From the NCBI GenBank assembly GCA_044892525.1, contig CM097885.1:5086001-5150000 (forward strand): a DNA stretch of 64,000 nt, in the 5' to 3' direction. Both the position numbers and the translations under genes were made by a program. The stretch is from Schmidtea polychroa (Eukaryota). Shown piece by piece: positions 50,070-64,000 of the stretch (the stretch's first letter is position 1; every line of letters starts with the position of its first letter). The notes beneath the pieces were generated by a model. It was not told where the DNA came from, made no database searches, and saw nothing but the letters and a program-made list of their open reading frames with translations.

Positions 50070-50529
50070 ATCTGCAATGCAAATGTTACGATCTATTCCC
50101 AATCAAGGACATACAAATTGAAGTTAGGATAAAATATCTCAGTTAATTAATAAGTTGCTGAAGTAAGCTAAGTACTTTTAACACGAGGATTGAATTTAAT
50201 TTAGCGATAAATTTTGATCATTTAAATTAAGAAGACAAAAAAAAATAAAAAAAAAATTAATAATTAATAATTTGAGTAAAGTAATGGACTTCTGATTTCA
50301 TTATTACCTTTTCGTCTTATTAAAATTATTTAGCGTCATTCAAATTTTCGTTGTTTTATGATAGTAATCATAATTAACGTTAAATAATAAATTTCGATTA
50401 AATATATAATTCTAGCTAATTTTGACATACTAATGTAAGTAAATGTTAAATATTCATATCCTAAACATTGTAATACTATTTCAGCAATAACAGCAGTCGG
50501 CCACACTCCCACAACAATCGCCATTGACC

Positions 50530-50745
50530 AACATGGATTTACAAATTAAAATATGGTATGCTCAGTTAAGCTTGTGGATATTAAATCAACTATATTTCCG
50601 GCATACCCACTGATCTCACTGGTGTCACTTCAACCGAAACTCGCGTTAAAGATAGAAAAAGCCGATCTCATCCGAGCAACAAACGAAAATTGTCCATCTC
50701 CGATCCCAAAGCTGCCAGGCAAAGAAATAAAGCCGATTCGTAGTT
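50530..50745 (+). pseudogene. MANF: Eroded MANF exon 3 / intron / exon 4 remnant in LTR copy C
   Basis: Alignable by eye to 9035-9296 (ATGGATT.ACAAATT, AAATATGGTATG, CTCGCGTTAAAGAT, GCAAAGAAATAAAGCCGATT). Confidence 0.75.
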
Positions 50746-51249
50746 GGAGTTTCTCTCTTTGAGTTTTGTTCGGAATGTCGTGATTAAATAAACTATTAAT
50801 ATTCTTTTTAGTCGCAAAGACAATGATGTAAATAAATTTGGTGATTAATAAATGTAGGGTACTATTGGGTTTCATCTTTTGATCTGACTTGAATACAAGT
50901 TTGTCCATAATTTTTACAACTTGTTCTACTTTTATTACTTTAACGGGGTTGTGGAAATTATTCCACCTAGGGTCTTGAGGGGAAAGATTATAGTATTTGT
51001 TGTCTCTCAGATCTATATATATAAACACACATACACATATATACATATCCACCCACACATATACATATAGGGATATAATTGAAGTTAATAAAATTCGATC
51101 GTTTTCAGGGGGGGGGGGTATTACTAAAAATAGATTTTAGTGATTTTCCGCAATTTTATTGGAAGGTAGGGCCATTGACGCTAAATTTAGAGCTAGGGGA
51201 ATCCCAAAATCAATAATTTGTTTATAATTTTATTTTACGAAATAATTAT

Positions 51250-51416
51250 TTAAAATTCATTAATAATAATATTGGTAATAATAATACGATAATGTTACGA
51301 ACAACAATAGTAATATTAATAATGGCAATAATCATAATGATAATAATGATAATAATATTAATAATGACAGCCAAACGGATAATAATCTTAATAATAATGA
51401 TAATAATAATAATAAT

Positions 51417-51501
<85 letters not shown>

Positions 51502-51630
51502 GTAATAATAATAATGACGATGATAATCATAATAATGTTAATAATAATAGTAATAGTGATCATGAGGATCACAAGGATAATAATATTGATAATGAGCAGT
51601 ACTACTATGATACTGATAATGATTAACTGT
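51250..51630. repeat. (AAT)n microsatellite and degenerate flanks
   Basis: Directly visible; similar tracts at ~39035-39115 and ~47140-47220. Confidence 0.9.
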
Positions 51631-54362
51631 AAATGTTCATAATTTTATTCTTATACCTGTTTGACGACTATACAAGTATTTACCGTCAATATTTAGAAGC
51701 ATGTCCTATATAGATAATTATAATTTATCAATTTGAAAATTTATATGTTTATAATTCATGATTTTCCATCTTCCAATTTATAATTTGTAATTTACAAATT
51801 TATATTTTCTGATTTCTAGTTTTTCATTTCATAATTTTATATTTTATGATTTAGGATTCTATATTTTGTAATTTCTAATTTTCCTTTTTACTATTTATAA
51901 TTTTATATTTTACACATTTATATTTCATAATTTCCAATGTTATTATTCATAATTTACAATTCTATGATCTACAATTTCTAATTTTGTATTTGATAATTCG
52001 AGTTCGTAATTTGCGCTATTAGGTTTGTAATATCTACATTTACCTTATAATTAATTTAAAAACCTATTTAGATTGAGTTCTACTTAGACGTAGGCCGAAT
52101 ATCTTTATCGTTTCTATTACTTCGATTACCATAAGATTACAAAACCTAATTCGGCATGTGTCTAAGCATAACTAAAGTTGTTATTATTGATCAAACAGCT
52201 ACATTACTGTGATTGCAGAATTGTATAAGTTTAGGTATGAGCTCTACTCAGATTAATGCCTTAGTGTAGAGATGTTGTCTATGATTTTAAATGTTAAAAT
52301 TAATTGTGTATTAAGCAATGGTCGGGAAGAATATTGCTTCCATGGCCCCACTGTGACCACTTCCACAAACCTTAGTGTTGTGTGCTGAGTCAACCATTTA
52401 CGGTTGACCTTAGATAAATACAAAGAGTCAGACGGAGGGTTTCCTCGACCTAACTCCATGGCAGGACCATGAAGTATTTCGACCCCCGAAAGACCCGAAC
52501 AAAAAAGGGACGATATAATATCAGATTGCTATAATATTGATAATGCATGTGCTATAAAAATTAGATGCAGGACTGAGCGACGACGCAGGAATACCAGTAC
52601 GCCGTCGAACCTTCGTACATCACTGGAGAAAATCAAAAGCAAGAAACATCAAAAAATGCAATTACTTCGATTTCCCCTACATAAATAATAACAAATTGAA
52701 AAAGTAATTCATTAATGTAATAAAAAATCAACAAATAAATTAATGACAAATTGAAAAAGTAATTCATTAGTGTAATAAAAAAAAATCAACAATTCTTACC
52801 ATTTTCGTTGGCAATATTTTCTTCAAAAATTGGCATAAAATAGTGCTTGATTGTGACTGAAACGTGTCAGTATATATACCTATTTTGTACACGTGTATGT
52901 ATTGATGCATTAAAACAAACTCGAATTCTTTTTATTCCAGAACTTTCTATTTTGTAATTTCGATATTTTTAATGGCAATTTTTGTGCCATAATTTTTGTT
53001 TTTATTTTTAAATTTTTATTCTTTAATTATTTTTCATTAATTTTACGTCCATGATGGATTTGGAACGGTTCCAGAACATTCTATTTCACTTTTAATTTAA
53101 TTTTTATTTTAATTGGTGTTTTATGGATTTCTTTTTACGAATTTTCATTTTTATTACTAATTTATTGATTTTGTCTAAATTTTATTGTTTAAGATAGCTT
53201 TTATGATGGTCATCGCCATTTTTATGGAATGTTCTGGGTTTTTCTGGAATTTTTTACTGTTTTTACCATCTTTTAAGTTATTCGAGTTTGTTTCTTGTAA
53301 CTCTATGTTTATTTGATCATTTTTGAGTTAGATTTTGCATAACTTCTTGCTTTTGGTATGATTTTATTTAATTTCGGTGTTTATGCTTTTGTTGTTATCT
53401 CCTTTAATTAATATTGTTTATTTGATGTAATTTTAATATTTAACTACACTTTTTGCTTTTTGCATGTTGTGTACCTACACCTTTCAGTTACAATTCAAGT
53501 TTGGGTCTAGAAGTCAGTTCTAGCCCAACACTATCAATAATAATTTAACCTCCAGTAAAAGAAATTTCTTTTCAAAATTCTGATTTAATTTTAAATAATG
53601 AATTAAATTAATCAAATTATATTTAATTTCAGGAAAGTCAATGTAAAATATTTTTAATTTGAGATCTAGTTAAATTTACTGAATCAGCATTTATAACTTC
53701 ACTTTCATAGCAATCAGAACAACCAGAACTATCATAATTATCAGAACAATCAGAACAATTAGAAATATCAGACCTATTAGAACTATCAGAGCAATCAGAA
53801 ATATCCTAACTACCAGAGCTATCAGAAATATCAGAGCAATCAGGGCTACCAGAACTACCAGAATTGTAAGATCCTCATCATAATGTCTCCATTGACATTT
53901 ATCTCCAATTTTACAATAAAGTTCGGTAATTGTTTCTGCAGTTTAACAACTTGAAGTTAATCAAAACAGTTATTGAGATGTCTACTTACCATAAATGCAT
54001 ATTGATCATTTATTTCCGACTTTGGTAGTCATGGACAGGCATTTTGGAAATGTGATTAGTCGGTGAAAGTCAAAGAACAGGCATCAAGACTGTCCCACCA
54101 CATATTTTTACTGGAGACGCCGTCGCGCATTACAGATTTGTCTTCTACATCAATTCAGAAAATAGTTATAAAGAACTAATAAATAACCAATAATAATAAG
54201 TACACAACAGAAGGTAAGGTAGTGCGATCATTATGATCAGATGAGATGGAGGTGGAGTTGGATTCAGAATAGGTATAATTTCTAGAAGGTATGAATTGTT
54301 GAGCTACAACATCATTGAGTAAAGGATCCTCAGGTATTTCAGTAGTAGACAATAGACTAGAT

Positions 54363-55569
54363 CAGCGTTTCCCAAAGTGTGTTCCACGGAACCCTGGGGT
54401 TCCGTGGACTGATAGCAGGGGTTCCACGAACATTTTGTAAATAAATATATAATTTATAAAAGAAAACATTTATCAATAAAGATAAATAAATAATTCTCGA
54501 TTTTATTCGATCCAATTTAAAATTCTTTTTCAAATCTTTTTCAAAGGGAAACTACATTTTTTTGTAATTATATTGTTTTAATATACGCATTAAAAATACG
54601 AATTTAAAATTTGTTTTATAAAAATTTAATAATAAAAAGGTAAGTTATTTTTTCATTTTTTGAAAATATTCGTATGAGTAATTTTTTATCATCGATAAAT
54701 TTTGTGAATAGTTAACCCAAATTTTTGTGATGATGGAACATTGTTTAAAACAAGAGACTTTAAAAAATAAAAACACCTACTGCTGACAACAATACTGCTG
54801 AAGACATTTCTGAAGAATCGAAGCCTAACACTTCTACAAAAAGTGATCATGCTCTAATAAAAATACCAACAAATGAGTCAATCTTGTGTATATAAAAACG
54901 AAAAAAGGGTTCGTCGTTTTGCTTGTTTTGGTACATTATAATTTTGGCAAGTCAATAGAAGAAGAAACAACTTTAAACATCATTCAAAATTTTATGAAAA
55001 AAACATGATAATAATTGGCTTAAGTGTATTGATGTTTGTAGTGATGGTGCAAAATCAATGGTTGCAAAAACTGCGGGCGTTATATCGAGAATTAAAAATA
55101 TTGTACCAAATTGTAGCAGCAGTCATTGTGTCCTTCATACCACGCTCTTGTATGTAAGAAAATTTCTATTGACTTAAAAACTGTTTTGAATGAATTGTTA
55201 TTTTATTAAGGTGCCACTGCAGTCGGGACTCTTCAAAATTATTTGTGAAGACATGAGAAATCAACACACCGCTCTTCTTTGACATGCAGAAGTAAGGTGG
55301 TTGTCGCGAGGCAAAGTTTTATTCCGAGTTTTTGAATTACGGCGAAAGCTTGCTATGTTTTTTATCCGGAGCGGGACATTTCAGTCCCGCCGTTTCAATC
55401 CTGGTCAAATCAGCCCCATCTTAATCAGTCCCGTCTGCTTCAGTCTCAACCAATTTACCTCATATTATTATTTCCAATGTTAAAATTCTAAGATTTTTGT
55501 AAATAGGGCTCCGTCAAAAAATTTGAAATCTAAAAGGGTCCCGCGGTGAAAAAACTTTGGAAAACGATG
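54363..55569 (+). mobile_element. Internally deleted hAT (Buster/Charlie-type) element
   Basis: TIRs CAGCGTTTCCCAAAGT / ACTTTGGAAAACGATG, TSD GACTAGAT/AACTAGAT; remnants CSDGAKSM, HCVLH, HAEVRWLSRGKVL.RVFELR. Confidence 0.85.
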
Positions 55570-57643
55570 AACTAGATGAATTTATTATGCAGTTTTTAAA
55601 TTTATAATTAGAAGATATAAGTTTCGTTTGTCTATTATTAATAATATTAGCTTTGTTATTTTGATTATTAATTTTGAAAGATTTTAATAAATTTTTTAAT
55701 ATAGGTAATTATTATGGATTTAGTTGTGGGTTGGGTAGGTTTCGTAAAAATAGGTGACTGCTCAGGTACCACCTTCTTATAAGTATTATTAAAAACACAG
55801 GCTTAAAGGTTTAAAAGATGGTAAAGTTATAGATTGGGCAATAGCTGGTTGGATAACATTATTCGAAGTATGATTAATATTACTGGTTGTTTGTTGTTTT
55901 TGGGGCTTAAATACAATTATGGGTAGTTTAATTAAAGTGATTATTGGTTCGGAGAAAGTGTGATTTTACTGGATGAATATATTACTGGATGAATATATTA
56001 CTGGATGAATATATTACTGGAAGAATATTTTACTGAATATATAAGTAGTATTAATTGAGTTTTTTGCTGGCTTATTACAGGTAATATAATCCTGAAAATT
56101 CCCGCTTGGTGATTTCGGTTTCACATGCATTGACTTTAAATTCCAATCAATTCATATCTATAGTAAACTGTATTCCAAACACAGGATCTAGATCACTTGT
56201 AGTTAAGTGTTTTTCAATTAACCTTTTCCATAAACATGTCCTGATGATATATTAAGAACTGGAACTTCAAGTTCATTTCAAATTGGTCTATTTCTCTTAT
56301 GTTTTGACAATACTCTACATGAATAATCTTAACTAAAATTGTAATTTTGATTATTTGATAAATTGCCTGATTTAGAAGGAATTTTAATTTTCTGTTGTTG
56401 TTTTTATAGGTTGATTAGAATTATTTAGTTTACTAGAAACCTTATTTATTGGGCAAATCATTTCCTGAAACCAGTGAAACCCAATTATCAACTCAATTCA
56501 CAATAAGTAGAACATCATTTATATCATTAATTAAAAATAGAATCATTGAAAGGAACATTGGAATTATCTGATGCATTATCAAAATCAATCCAATGGTAAA
56601 TTTCATTCTCAACCGAAGCAGGCATCGAAATTTCTGCTTTTCATTTGATGTATTTGGCCTTGAAACTTCGGATTTTGTTTTGGCTGGGCAGCAACTTGAC
56701 CAAGCGGGAATTTTCATTTAAATCATGTTCAATATTTAAATATTTGAATATTCAAACAAATAAAACAGCTGTTATAGAAAATAGAACATATTTGCTAATC
56801 AATCACGCGTTTCTCTTTATTAATTATAACAAAGCTGCAATTCATACAGCACTGTTATCATTGATCAAGACGGGGAGCGACAGTAATGGACCCGCAGGGA
56901 GCATGATGGGGCGAGTAGGTGTAAGACAGCAGCTCACATGTTTCCTTGCTCTCAATAACAATGTACAGCACCAACATGGCAGCTGTCATGGTTACATTGA
57001 TTAGAAGATCTGCCAATCATGCGCGTTGCGAAGGGTGATTATACCTCACCTCTCAGCTTGCATACTGCCCATTTATTCCCTCAGAAACGCCAACACATTC
57101 ATGACATTTGGATAAGTTTTATTCAGTTATATTTATCTTGCTTTTTTAATTGGCTATGAAATAAATTAAATTTTATAACAATGATAAATTTGATATTTCT
57201 CCTGATTAAAAATAAATATGCGATTAGAATAACTTCTCTAGTTATTCGGATATAGTCAGATCTGCTGCTGGTGCTCAGGCAATGAAATCAATATCGCTGG
57301 AGTTTCAAGTTCATTTAAACAAGAATTAAGTGCAGCATGGGTTCAATGGGTAAATTTCGCCAGGACGTGACGCATTACACAGCGAGGTTTTGGTTAGGAA
57401 GCGCAGAAGGCTCGAGTGGAGGAGCAAGGAATCATTCGCGATCGCAATATCACGATCCCAGAGCAGACACAGAAGGTTATCGAGTTGGTCGGTGGATCCA
57501 CACGGGCACAGGAGTTGGTCGAGCAGAGCCGGCGCTACCATTAAGGCAAACTAGGCGGTCCCTAGGGCGCTATCCAGAGAGGGGTGATAAAATGTGTAAT
57601 CGCAATTATTAAAAAATAATGGCTTTGATTATATTACATAAGC

Positions 57644-60101
57644 CAGTGGTGCCCAACCTAGTGCCCGCGGGCAAAAAAGTGCCCGTGGAGACTTTTTCAA
57701 ATGCCCGTGGGTGTTTTTCTAAATACGGTTAAAGAAAATATCAATTTTTAACATTAAGATGTATAATGTTTCAATGAGAATTACAAGCGCATTTTTAATT
57801 TTCGAAATTAAAATTAATCAATCCCAACAATTAATTATTAAATGGGAATTCCAAGAAAATTAAATTTTTTCCTACTTTAAATTAAAATTAATTAACTCAA
57901 ATATCGTTACATCGTTAGTTAAAAAACTCTATTTAAATCAGTCAACCAAAAACAACCTCTCAGTGTGGACAACAATTTATCCAAATAAAAAAAATAATTT
58001 TTGTTTTTACAAAAATGTCTCTCAGCAAAGGGATGTCTCAAAAAAGAAAACGTGAAGATGAGAAATCTGCGCAACAAGTGTTAAGAAATAACTGGGAAGA
58101 ACAATTTTTGTTCACACATTCACAATCATCAAGGCCAATTTGTCTGATTTGTAATGACACACTTGCAGTCTATAAAAAATACAATGTGGAACGTCATTTT
58201 AATCAGATGCATTCAGAATTCAAAATCAAATACCCAATTGGATCTGCAGACAGAACTGACTTTATTTCAAAGAGAAAATCGAAACTTGCAGTTCAGCAAA
58301 CATTTTTTACCAAAAGACAAGAAGAACTGCACGGTATGACAAAAGCTTCCTTTCAAATTTCCCTGCTGCTTGCCAGATTAAAAAAAAAGTTATTCAGATG
58401 GTGAAATGGTAAAAGAGGCAATTTCTATTTTTGCTGAAAACTCAGGTGACCCAAAAAACAAATTGCTGTCCAAAAACATAGCACTTTCAAGAAATACAGT
58501 TACTCGGAGAATTGAAGAAATGGCCAATGATGTCTCAAAACAAATTATTGTTGCTGCTTCACTTTCAAAATACTTTTCAATTGCAATTGATGAAAGCTGT
58601 GATGCAACTGACAGTGCTCAATTACTGGTTTATATAAGATGTGTCAATGAAAACTTCGATGTTGTTCAGGAACTTCTTGGCCTTTGTCAACTGAAAACCA
58701 CAACAACTGGAGCCGATATCTTTGAAGCACTGAAAGATTGTGTGGAAAATTCAAGCATCAACGAGTATAAGCTCAACTGGAATCAACTGGAAAGTATCTG
58801 CACAGATGGAGCTCCTGCAATGGTTGGAAAAAACAACGGTTGTGTTTCCCTTCTAGAAAAATATCTAAAAAGAAAACTTTTTAAGTACCATTGCATTATT
58901 CATCAAGAAGTTCTTTGCTCAAAGGATATGGAATTCAAGCATGTTATTGACACAGCTGTGCACTGTATTAACAAGATTAGAGCACGATCTCTAAATAGAA
59001 GAGAGTTCCGATCCCTGTTTGAAGAGGAAACCGATGATTGTGGTGAACTTTTGCTCCATTGCTCTGTTCGCTGGTTGTCAAAGGGAAAAATGCTGTCAAG
59101 ATTTTTCCAGTTAAGGACCCAAGTACTGCAATTTTTGGAAGAAAAAAAGAGTTGCCTACCGAGTGTGATCTTTTGAAAAACAATTCCTGGTTGAGTGAAT
59201 TGGCTTTTCTTGTTGATGTCACAAATTACCTGAACATCTTGAACACAGGATTGCAAGGTGAAAATAGTTTGTTCCCAACACTATTCAATCAAATCAATGC
59301 ATTTAAGGCAAAATTAAAACTGTTTTATAACAGTCTTTCTCAAGGAAATCTGGATCTTTTCCCCACGCTTCAGAAATTTCAACTTGAAAGTTCAATCACT
59401 GTCAACTTGGACTATGAAAAATACAAACTTGCCATTATGAATTTGTCTCATTCATTTTCTTCTCGATTTTCTGACTTTGAGGCAGAGAAGGATAACATTT
59501 TATTGTTCATTAATCCATTCTCTATATCAGAAAGTGAAATCAGCAAGTATTCTCCAAAAATACAGATGGAATTTACTGACATTCAAAACCACACAGGATT
59601 AAAGAGAAAGTTTCAAGAGCTTTGTGAATCACCTATTTCACCCGACTTAAAAGCATTCTGGAAGCTTGTTCCAAAAAATGACTATCCTGAACTTAACAAC
59701 ATGGCACTCCGGTTTGTGGTCAAATTTGGATCAACTTACATTTGTGAGAAGACATTTTCTTCAATGAACTACATAAAAAGCAAATTCAGATGTTCACTCA
59801 CTGATGCTCACTTAGAAAACCTCATTCTATTATCAAATTCAAAAATCAATCCTGATATTGATCAACTTGTTAGCCAGACTCAAATTCAAAAGCCGCATTA
59901 AAATGATGTTATAAATAAATTTGTTTGTTTTGTTTCACATTATTATTTTTATTATTTTAAATTTTTAATACAAATGCATGTTTCCTAATAAAAAGATTGT
60001 TATAAGATCATTTTTCTATTAACTAATTTTTCAAAAATGTGCCCGCAAAGACTTTTTCATTTAAATAGTTGCCCACTTGATAACAAGGTTGGGCACCACT
60101 G
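57644..60101 (+). mobile_element. Full-length hAT transposon, Buster type
   Basis: Perfect 16-bp TIR CAGTGGTGCCCAACCT, perfect 8-bp TSD ACATAAGC with central TA, subterminal TGCCC repeats. Confidence 0.97.
58015..59901 (+). pseudogene. hAT transposase (GTF2IRD2/EPM2AIP1-like), two frameshifts
   Basis: BED finger CLIC..ERHFNQMH, LSRNTVTRRI, SIAIDESCD, CTDGAPAM, HCIIHQE, VRWLSKG, FGSTYICEKTFSSM..KSKFR; both breaks lie at A-runs (~58385, ~59145). Confidence 0.95.
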
Positions 60102-60545
60102 ACATAAGCTATAGGCACAGGGTAATATAATTAGATAATTATTTTATTTAATATATAAATATTTTAATTTCGAACTTTGCAGATGGTAAACTAATTTTAA
60201 TGTTGATTTAGAGATCGTTCCAGCGCATGACGCGGCGTTCTGAGACATGTGCAATTTTGATTTTTAATTCTGCTGAGAATCGTTTTTGTTTGTGTATCAC
60301 AATTTGTATCGCACACAGCGAAATACAAACAGTCGCAGTAAACACACAACAGTTATAGTTTACTGATAATTACAGGTTTACTGATAAGTGTAATTTTGTG
60401 CATTATTAGAAAAATAATTGAGTCAGTGAAGTTACGTGCAGTAAATTTGATTTTGTTATCCTTCATACGACAAAGCATTAAACACTTCTTTGCTTGTATT
60501 AAAATAATTAAATATTATTTATATTAGTACATTAGTGCTTTTAAA

Positions 60546-60850
60546 ATGTCATCAAAAAAGCCATCCGGATTTCAAATTCGTAAGCGCAAAACTCTCAGAG
60601 CTGAAGAGCGTGCGAATGAAAGTGGTCGACTGTTAAAGTGTTTCAAATCAAGTCTTGATGTTTCAGCCAACAGCGACTTGGATAGATGTGTAGGACAATC
60701 AGATGTACAACAAAATATGTCAGATCACGCGGATGAAGGTATTTCATAAAAAGAAGAAAAAAAAAGAGAAGGTGTTTCATAGTTTGATATTTTGATGCAA
60801 ACCGAAAGTTCACATGAAATTAAATCCAGTACCAGTGCCAGGATTAATTA
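60546..60850 (+). mobile_element. Possible N-terminus of a ZMYM1-like hAT transposase
   Basis: MSSKKPSGFQIRKRK...GRLLKCFK resembles the SG..RK.K start of this group. Confidence 0.4.
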
Positions 60851-62739
60851 TGTATATTACAATGATTTTATCGGGGTTCTGAAGAAGCGTATCGACACGG
60901 TGGAAGGTACGTGGTTATCCCCGCCACTTATGAAAAAGGCTAATAAAGGCTAATGTTTACCCGTTAGAGCATTGCCGCGACAGTTTACTCGAGGAAAGCC
61001 GAAAACCTTCATCGAGTTTATTCGGAGGCAGAGTTAAAAAGTCGTTCCCGCTTATCGATAAGCTGAATGTGTTCCTAATTCATCATCGGACAGACGAGAT
61101 AGTCACTGATTCCACATCGCTATGTAACAATCATGGCCCAGAGGTATCTTCTGTCGCAAGACCTGATATAATCTTCATGCAACCTACTCGAATTAATGTC
61201 ACCGTAACACTTGCAGTTCCAGCAAATTCGAGCATCGTTCCATCTCGATCAACTCCTCGAAAAAGAAAACGCTTAACTCGTGCAGAACATTCAAAGAAAC
61301 GTCGAGACGAGATTGCAGCATTGGAGGCGACTTTATTTGGTGTCGCCGAGGCCAGAAGAAATCAACCACAGCCTAATCAAGTTGTATCAACTTCTAATCG
61401 ATATAGAATGATTCCATCTGCCGCTTCTGCACCCGTTCACGATCCACACCTGCATTCGGACATCGCCGCCATGTTGAACGAGGGCAAAATGCTGTCGACG
61501 AATTAAAAATCTTAGAAAACCGGCAATTATCCGCTTGAGACTCTTTTAGCTGTTCGTTCCCGATTGTGATTGTAGTGATTTTCAGTGATTGCGTGAATCG
61601 ATTAACTGGTGTTCTTAATTGTTGAATTTTTAATCGATATTACTTCTAATATAATTTTGTGTCAGATGTTTGTCTTTTGTTGTGTTTGGTCACGTGATTT
61701 GTAGCCATAGGTTACTTTTGTTAGACGGTCGCAGGGAAGTAAAGGATGCTTGGAGACGACCTCACTTAGACCAGGGGTGTATTAGATACGAAAGAGATTA
61801 GATAAGAAAGATGTAAGTCCTTATAACAGCATTCAGGAACCCGAATGGTGATTATCATGAAGAGTAGTGCTAACACAGAGGCTCACCTGCTCATGAATTC
61901 CAGCCCATGTGTACAGTACCAACATGACTCGTTATCATGGGTGCACATGAGGGAGAATGCTGACAAATCATAATGGGCGTCCAGGAAGGAGTCCCCTGTG
62001 GAACAACCATCATCACACCTAACGATAACCCTCGCGACACACCGCTAAGCGCCCAACAAATAGAAAGATTTCATCTATTGGCCATTTTTAATATGAGGTA
62101 TGTAAACGATATGAAAATTATAAAACAAAGGAAATGTTCCATTTATAATACATAGAAATCATACTAGCAGTAGCGGCGGTCATTGGTAGCGGTACTGTAT
62201 TTTGGTATTGATCGTATTGCATGCTCACATTGGGTGGGTTGTATTTTAGTAGCAGTCAAATGGTTGGTATAGGGTAGTCCTGCAACAGTTACCCCGTGTT
62301 TGTGGTCAATATAACAATATGGTAACCATGGCAGCATGTTTGATCTTCATGTTGGGCTAAAGGGCGAGAAAAGCCAAATAGAGAGGATCAACTTATGCAA
62401 TCAACTGACGCGTAATAATAACGTAGGAAAATTAGTTCAGTAAAACAATAAGGAAAATAACAAGTAAACCGAAAATAAAATAATAAAATAAAAACAAAGA
62501 AAATAATAACTAGTAAAAAGCAATTGTTATAAAAATCAAATGGACAAAAACACGAAATTACAAACAATAGAACCGACAGGATCCGACAAAACAGAGAGAA
62601 AAAAATAAGAACAATTAAAGTAACAAATAAATCGTAAAATAAAATCATTAAAAACCTTAGAAAATTGAATTAAAAGAATAAAACAGTAAATTACACCGCA
62701 TCTGGATCCTGATTGGACCAAAATTAATATAAATGGAAT

Positions 62740-63402
62740 TGAATTAGTTACGCTTGCTTAATGCTAAAACTTTCGATAGGAGCAGCAACCAATTTCAGAA
62801 TTCATTATAGAGAGTAAAACTGGAGAAAAATCACTCAGTACAGCAATTCAAGGGACGTAAAAGAAATGTTTTGATAACCAGTGTGAGTTCCAGAACAAAC
62901 CATGCGTTGGGTTAGAACTGATATCTAGATTCCAGCAGCCAGGAAAGCGGTAAGAGCAATAAGGCCTAGAAACCATTCGGTTTGTGCCGGGATATCTAAG
63001 GGCGGAATAGTTTTTCATAAGACACAAAATCCAGCTTATAATGGAGATAATTTTATTGAATTCTTGACAGATGTTTCGAAAAATGAAAGAGTTGAACACG
63101 GAAAATTATGCGATAGTTATGGATAATGTGGCTTTCCACGGGGTTTTTGGCGTTGAAATGTTATAGCGGAATATGGACGCAATATTTTATTTCTTCCGCC
63201 ATAAAGTCCGCAACTGAATCCCATTGGAGGAGTTTTTAGCAAATGGAAGCGCTGTGTTAAATCCATGGATTCAAATACCGCCGGTGAACTTGGAAACGCA
63301 ATTCTAGGCGCAGTTCCTTCTGTAACGGTGAATGATTGTTTAGGTATTTATGGTGATGTTAGGATGTTTGCTTTAAAGGCGATTCGGCGGGAAGCATTTT
63401 AA
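62740..63402 (+). pseudogene. IS630/Tc1-like (DDE_3) transposase remnant
   Basis: SVCAGISKGGIV, YNGDNFIEFL, IVMDNVAFH, LFLPP*SPQLNPI..VFSKWK. Confidence 0.8.
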
Positions 63403-64000
63403 TTAAATAGCTTAAATCAAATGCTGTATGTAGTTTTTGTATTTGTTAATATAGTTGTTTATCTGAGAAACGCTGTAATAACATTTGTCTAAACAATGAT
63501 TGGAGGGATTTCAAATTGCAATTAAAATGATTTTGGTTAATAATCTGCAGCGCTTTTTATGTAAACCTTGATGATGATTTCTTTTGATCAACGGCGTTTC
63601 AATTAAGCAGTGCCAATGATTTTAGGTGACGATTGACATGATTCTGAGGATTGTTGATGAGGGTAAATTGATTAATAGGAAATGTTAAATGATAATTGTT
63701 AACGGGTTTCTTTAAATAGTAATTGGTAACAATTTTCATCTAAATTATAATGGATAACGATTGATAAAGATGCTTGAGATTGTAATGGATCACGATTTGT
63801 AATCAATGATGATTTCCCGAAATATTGCTTGTAATGATTTCCGTGTAATGCTAGATAACGATTTGTGATAATGACCGAGGGTGACTTGTAATTATTATTA
63901 ATGAATAATGAGTTTCTAAGCATGAGTGGCACTGATTTTGTAAATGATAATTAATACATTTTTAACTACTGATGGATGATGATGCTTAAGTAACAATCAT

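Larger units (their letters stand above)
48615..53530 (-). mobile_element. Giant (4.9 kb) solo-LTR-like element, copy C (diverged subfamily)
   Basis: TGGTGGGTTAC...TTCTAGCCCAACA with a 4-bp TSD CTAT (48611-48614 / 53531-53534); colinear blocks shared with copy A. Confidence 0.85.
46700..56760 (-). mobile_element. Possible highly decayed non-LTR retrotransposon, interrupted by LTR copy C and a hAT derivative
   Basis: Patchy minus-strand coding-like sequence, including GLMQ..PL and GDDI near 47670-47725; boundaries uncertain. Confidence 0.3.

Noticed and set aside
51246..51642. Poly-Ile/Asn/Leu ORFs (also 19360-19557 and 30346-30686)
   Set aside because: Translations of (AAT)n microsatellites.
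61069..61506. 145-aa GC-rich ORF as a defined gene
   Set aside because: Starts at a non-ATG codon, has no recognisable domain and lies among element debris.

Overview
AT-rich eukaryotic DNA with (AAT)n tracts and 34-47 nt host introns, almost entirely made of nested mobile elements. The short introns, a TRAF/MATH gene and ~5 kb solo LTRs suggest a planarian-type flatworm host (inference only). The main object is a boundary-complete but internally deleted Polinton/Maverick (18939-30957; AGTAG termini, ~0.55 kb TIRs, TACAAT TSD). Besides pPolB, integrase, packaging ATPase and penton it carries unusual cargo: an intron-containing Bcl-2-like gene and a compact TATA-binding-protein-like gene. It also has octamer/CCAAT/TATA promoters and an (ATT)n intron inside the integrase active-site motif. 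Two further Polinton remnants lie at the window start. One has two tRNA-like Pol III units just upstream of pPolB and a membrane protein with YPxL and PTAP late-domain motifs. Three copies of a ~5 kb TG..CA element with 4-bp TSDs (giant solo-LTR-like) are present. Two of them carry captured MANF/ARMET sequence (four exons in one copy), all share covarying stem-loop blocks, and one has AT-hook and coiled-coil ORFs. Also present: pogo, hAT (Buster and ZMYM1-like), Penelope, IS630/Tc1-like and non-LTR remnants, and a TRAF-like host gene with a premature stop.
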